Shown here in pieces: positions 63,407 through 64,000 of a stretch of 64,000 bases of DNA. Numbering within the stretch: the stretch's first letter is position 1; the number at the start of each line of letters is the position of its first letter. The notes under the pieces are model-generated. The model did no database searches. It was not told where the DNA came from and worked only from the letters and a program-made list of their open reading frames with translations. The stretch spans positions 3,288,001-3,352,000 of the forward strand of contig NC_087438.1 of the NCBI RefSeq assembly GCF_036321535.1, read 5' to 3'. Source of the DNA: Camelus dromedarius. Lineage: Eukaryota. The position numbers and the translations under genes were made by a program.

Positions 63407-64000
63407 TTTAACCAGGGACCCCTGCGTGCTTGCGCCAGGGAAAACGCCCCACGCACTCTGTTGGCACTTCCAGGGCCCACCGAGGTGGCCCATGTCCTCA
63501 GTGCCAACAGCCCACACAGCCCCCTCTCACTGCACTGGGAGCACTGTCCAAACCTATGGGTTCGACTTGTCTAAAAGAAGTGACAAAAACAAAACACATT
63601 TTGTTTTGGTGGACTTCAAGTTGCATTGACTTAGTTAACAATAGCAAAAAATATATGATTTTTTTTTAAAAAACACTCTTCCTTGTTTCAAAAAGCCTAA
63701 TTCTTGCAGGTCACAATATATGAGGTGTTTGTGGGTGTGTATATATAACACACGTATGCTTGTATACACATATATACATACATACATACATATATATGTG
63801 AGCTTACATCCAGAATGTTAAACATAGTTTAAAACACTGTAATTTCTCTTTTCCTGGAAATTTCCAATTACTTGCTTTAATTCCCTCCACCCTACTCCAC
63901 TCTCACAACCGTGCACTCCGCACAGATAGAGCAAAATCTGGAGGTGAAGGATTTTGTTTGCTCACACGGTTCTTACTGCACCATGTAGCTTTCCTAGCCT

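Noticed and set aside
1..64000. CRISPR arrays, operons, rRNA/snRNA genes, numts, intact ERV genes
   Set aside because: No regularly spaced repeat-spacer array, no gene-dense coding structure, and nothing I can recognise as structural RNA, mitochondrial or gag/pol/env sequence.

Overview
This is mammalian genomic DNA, almost certainly from a camelid (camel, alpaca or llama). The evidence is a tRNA-Ala-derived SINE of the camelid Vic-1 type with a target-site duplication (TSD), plus camelid-type young L1 3' ends. The window is essentially non-coding. None of the supplied ORFs looks like a real single-exon host gene, and the only protein-like ORFs are retrotransposon remnants (L1 ORF2 C-terminus, CR1/L3 reverse transcriptase). 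It contains a CpG island at about 8.4-9.05 kb and a set of well-formed minus-strand splice-site pairs (about 12.5, 12.2, 8.66 and 0.87 kb). These suggest the 5' end of a spliced gene running off the left edge, which I could not identify. The rest is intergenic-like sequence rich in L1, L2, L3, MIR, MaLR/ERV LTRs and hAT elements. The most notable observations are: (1) a twin-primed, 5'-inverted L1 insertion whose 3' end is fused to a non-L1, mRNA-like 3' end with AATAAA; (2) an MLT1J-like LTR with GC box, TATA, initiator and splice donor aimed antisense into the CpG island; (3) strong AT-to-GC drift that has turned old transposons into small CpG islands, consistent with GC-biased gene conversion. 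I found no evidence of a prokaryote-style novel system such as CRISPR arrays or operons. Repeat family names come from my recollection of consensus sequences and need confirmation with RepeatMasker/Dfam.
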